DNA from: Telmatocola sphagniphila
GTDB taxonomy: Bacteria > Planctomycetota > Planctomycetia > Gemmatales > Gemmataceae
Direction: 5' to 3'
Length of the DNA: 32,000 nt
Assembly (NCBI RefSeq): GCF_018398935.1
Contig: NZ_CP074694.1
Location: forward strand, 5,340,001-5,372,000
The notes beneath the pieces were generated by a model. That model made no database searches. It worked only from the letters and a program-made list of their open reading frames with translations, and was not told where the DNA came from. The position numbers and the translations under genes are program-made. Shown here piece after piece: positions 31,340 through 32,000 of this stretch. Numbering within the stretch: the first letter of the stretch is position 1; every line of letters begins with the position of its first letter.

Positions 31340-31600
31340 TCAGTCATTCGTGCTTGTTTGCGATTCTTTTTTGTTCATCATGCCATAAACCAACCCAAAT
31401 ATTGCCCCTAATATAAGGCCTATATGAATAAAAAAATACATCCATATCTCTGGGAGCCTGAGTGGCTGTTTTTTCATATCCTCAGACAGGCTATGCCAAA
31501 TTTGGCTACCAACATAAACGCCGATAACAGAGCCTATTCCTGAAAATATCAGTGAATATTTCAAGACATATCGGACCAAGTTAGGTGAATGCTTACCCAT
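31340..31600 (-). CDS. Hypothetical small two-TM membrane protein (86 aa)
   Basis: Two clear hydrophobic helices (YSLIFSGIGSVIGVYVGSQIW, WMYFFIHIGLILGAIFGLVYGMM). AT-rich, with no family recognised. Confidence 0.5.
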   Translation of the reverse strand: MGKHSPNLVRYVLKYSLIFSGIGSVIGVYVGSQIWHSLSEDMKKQPLRLPEIWMYFFIHIGLILGAIFGLVYGMMNKKESQTSTND

Positions 31601-31760
31601 TGATTATCGACAGAATGTCCAAAATTTAGAATCTCAAAAAAATCGATTAGCGATACCGAATTATGTGCTGTGCTGAAAGCAATCTTTTACCTGATCTGTG
31701 AAAACAGCCAGAAAGCAGATCGCTTTGGATGATTGATTCGATCCATCCAATAATAGAAGA

Positions 31761-31885
31761 GCCAGGTGCAAACGGATCCGCCATTGACATTTCTCCAAGA
31801 TCCAAAGATTCTATCAAAATAATTGAGTTTTCTCTTTAGATTTCCAGAAAACAGGGAGTATCTTGGTTATCCAATTGGTACCCCG
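31761..31885 (+). repeat. Composite hairpin element, copy E3 (degenerate REP-B family)
   Basis: GCCAGGTGCAAACGGATCCGCCATTGACATTTC ... ATCCAATTGGTACCCC is collinear with E1 throughout, but both hairpins have decayed. Confidence 0.6.
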
Positions 31886-31893
31886 GCATCGAC

Positions 31894-32000
31894 ACGAGCT
31901 CAAAGGTCGTGAGTTCTTACTGGGTTGAAAATAGGTTATGCGAGCATGAAAAATCGATGTTTTCAGAACGGCACTGGCAATAGCCGGTGCCACCCAAACC
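31894..32000 (+). pseudogene. Remnant of a second RAYT copy: last ~11 codons plus downstream spacer and REP-A, running to the window edge
   Basis: 31894-32000 aligns with 30207-30315, covering ACGAGCTCAAAGGTCGTGAGTTCTT(G/A)CTGGGTTGAAAATAGGTTA...GATGTTTTCAGAACGG(A/C)ACTGGCA(G/A)TAGCC...CCCAAACC. The stop TGA is at 31926-31928. Everything 5' of it is replaced by composite element E3. Confidence 0.7.

Overview
The window reads like a planctomycete chromosome segment. This is an inference from four things: a secreted protein with an L-x-x-L-D-D-R-x-x-P lead-in, a DUF11-repeat protein, an ECF-sigma/Ser-Thr-kinase pair, and a multiheme cytochrome c fused to LVIVD repeats. I can support about 26 protein genes. 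They include housekeeping genes (groES, transketolase), envelope and surface proteins, a GT2/methyltransferase fusion, a double amidohydrolase, regulators (CheY-like receiver, TetR, ECF sigma plus kinase) and several orphan ORFs. I saw no rRNA, tRNA or CRISPR array. The GC-rich backbone is interrupted by three patches that look AT-richer by eye (not computed). (1) 3.6-5.6 kb holds a lipoprotein-like gene broken by two apparent frameshifts and an orphan 355-aa ORF. (2) 19.1-19.95 kb is a non-coding tandem array of long GC-armed palindromes with a 221-nt period. It carries mirror-image indels in paired arms and a nested MITE-like insertion. (3) 28.9-32.0 kb holds an intact REP-associated tyrosine transposase (RAYT) bracketed by inverted REP hairpins. 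The same patch has a second hairpin family arranged in three ~125-bp composite elements, the remnant of a second RAYT copy, and small orphan membrane ORFs. I could not identify a complete novel multi-gene system. The most unusual signals are the non-coding repeat architectures and two domain fusions (cytochrome-LVIVD, and an active plus a degenerate amidohydrolase module). All family assignments come from motif recognition by eye and need HMM or BLAST confirmation.
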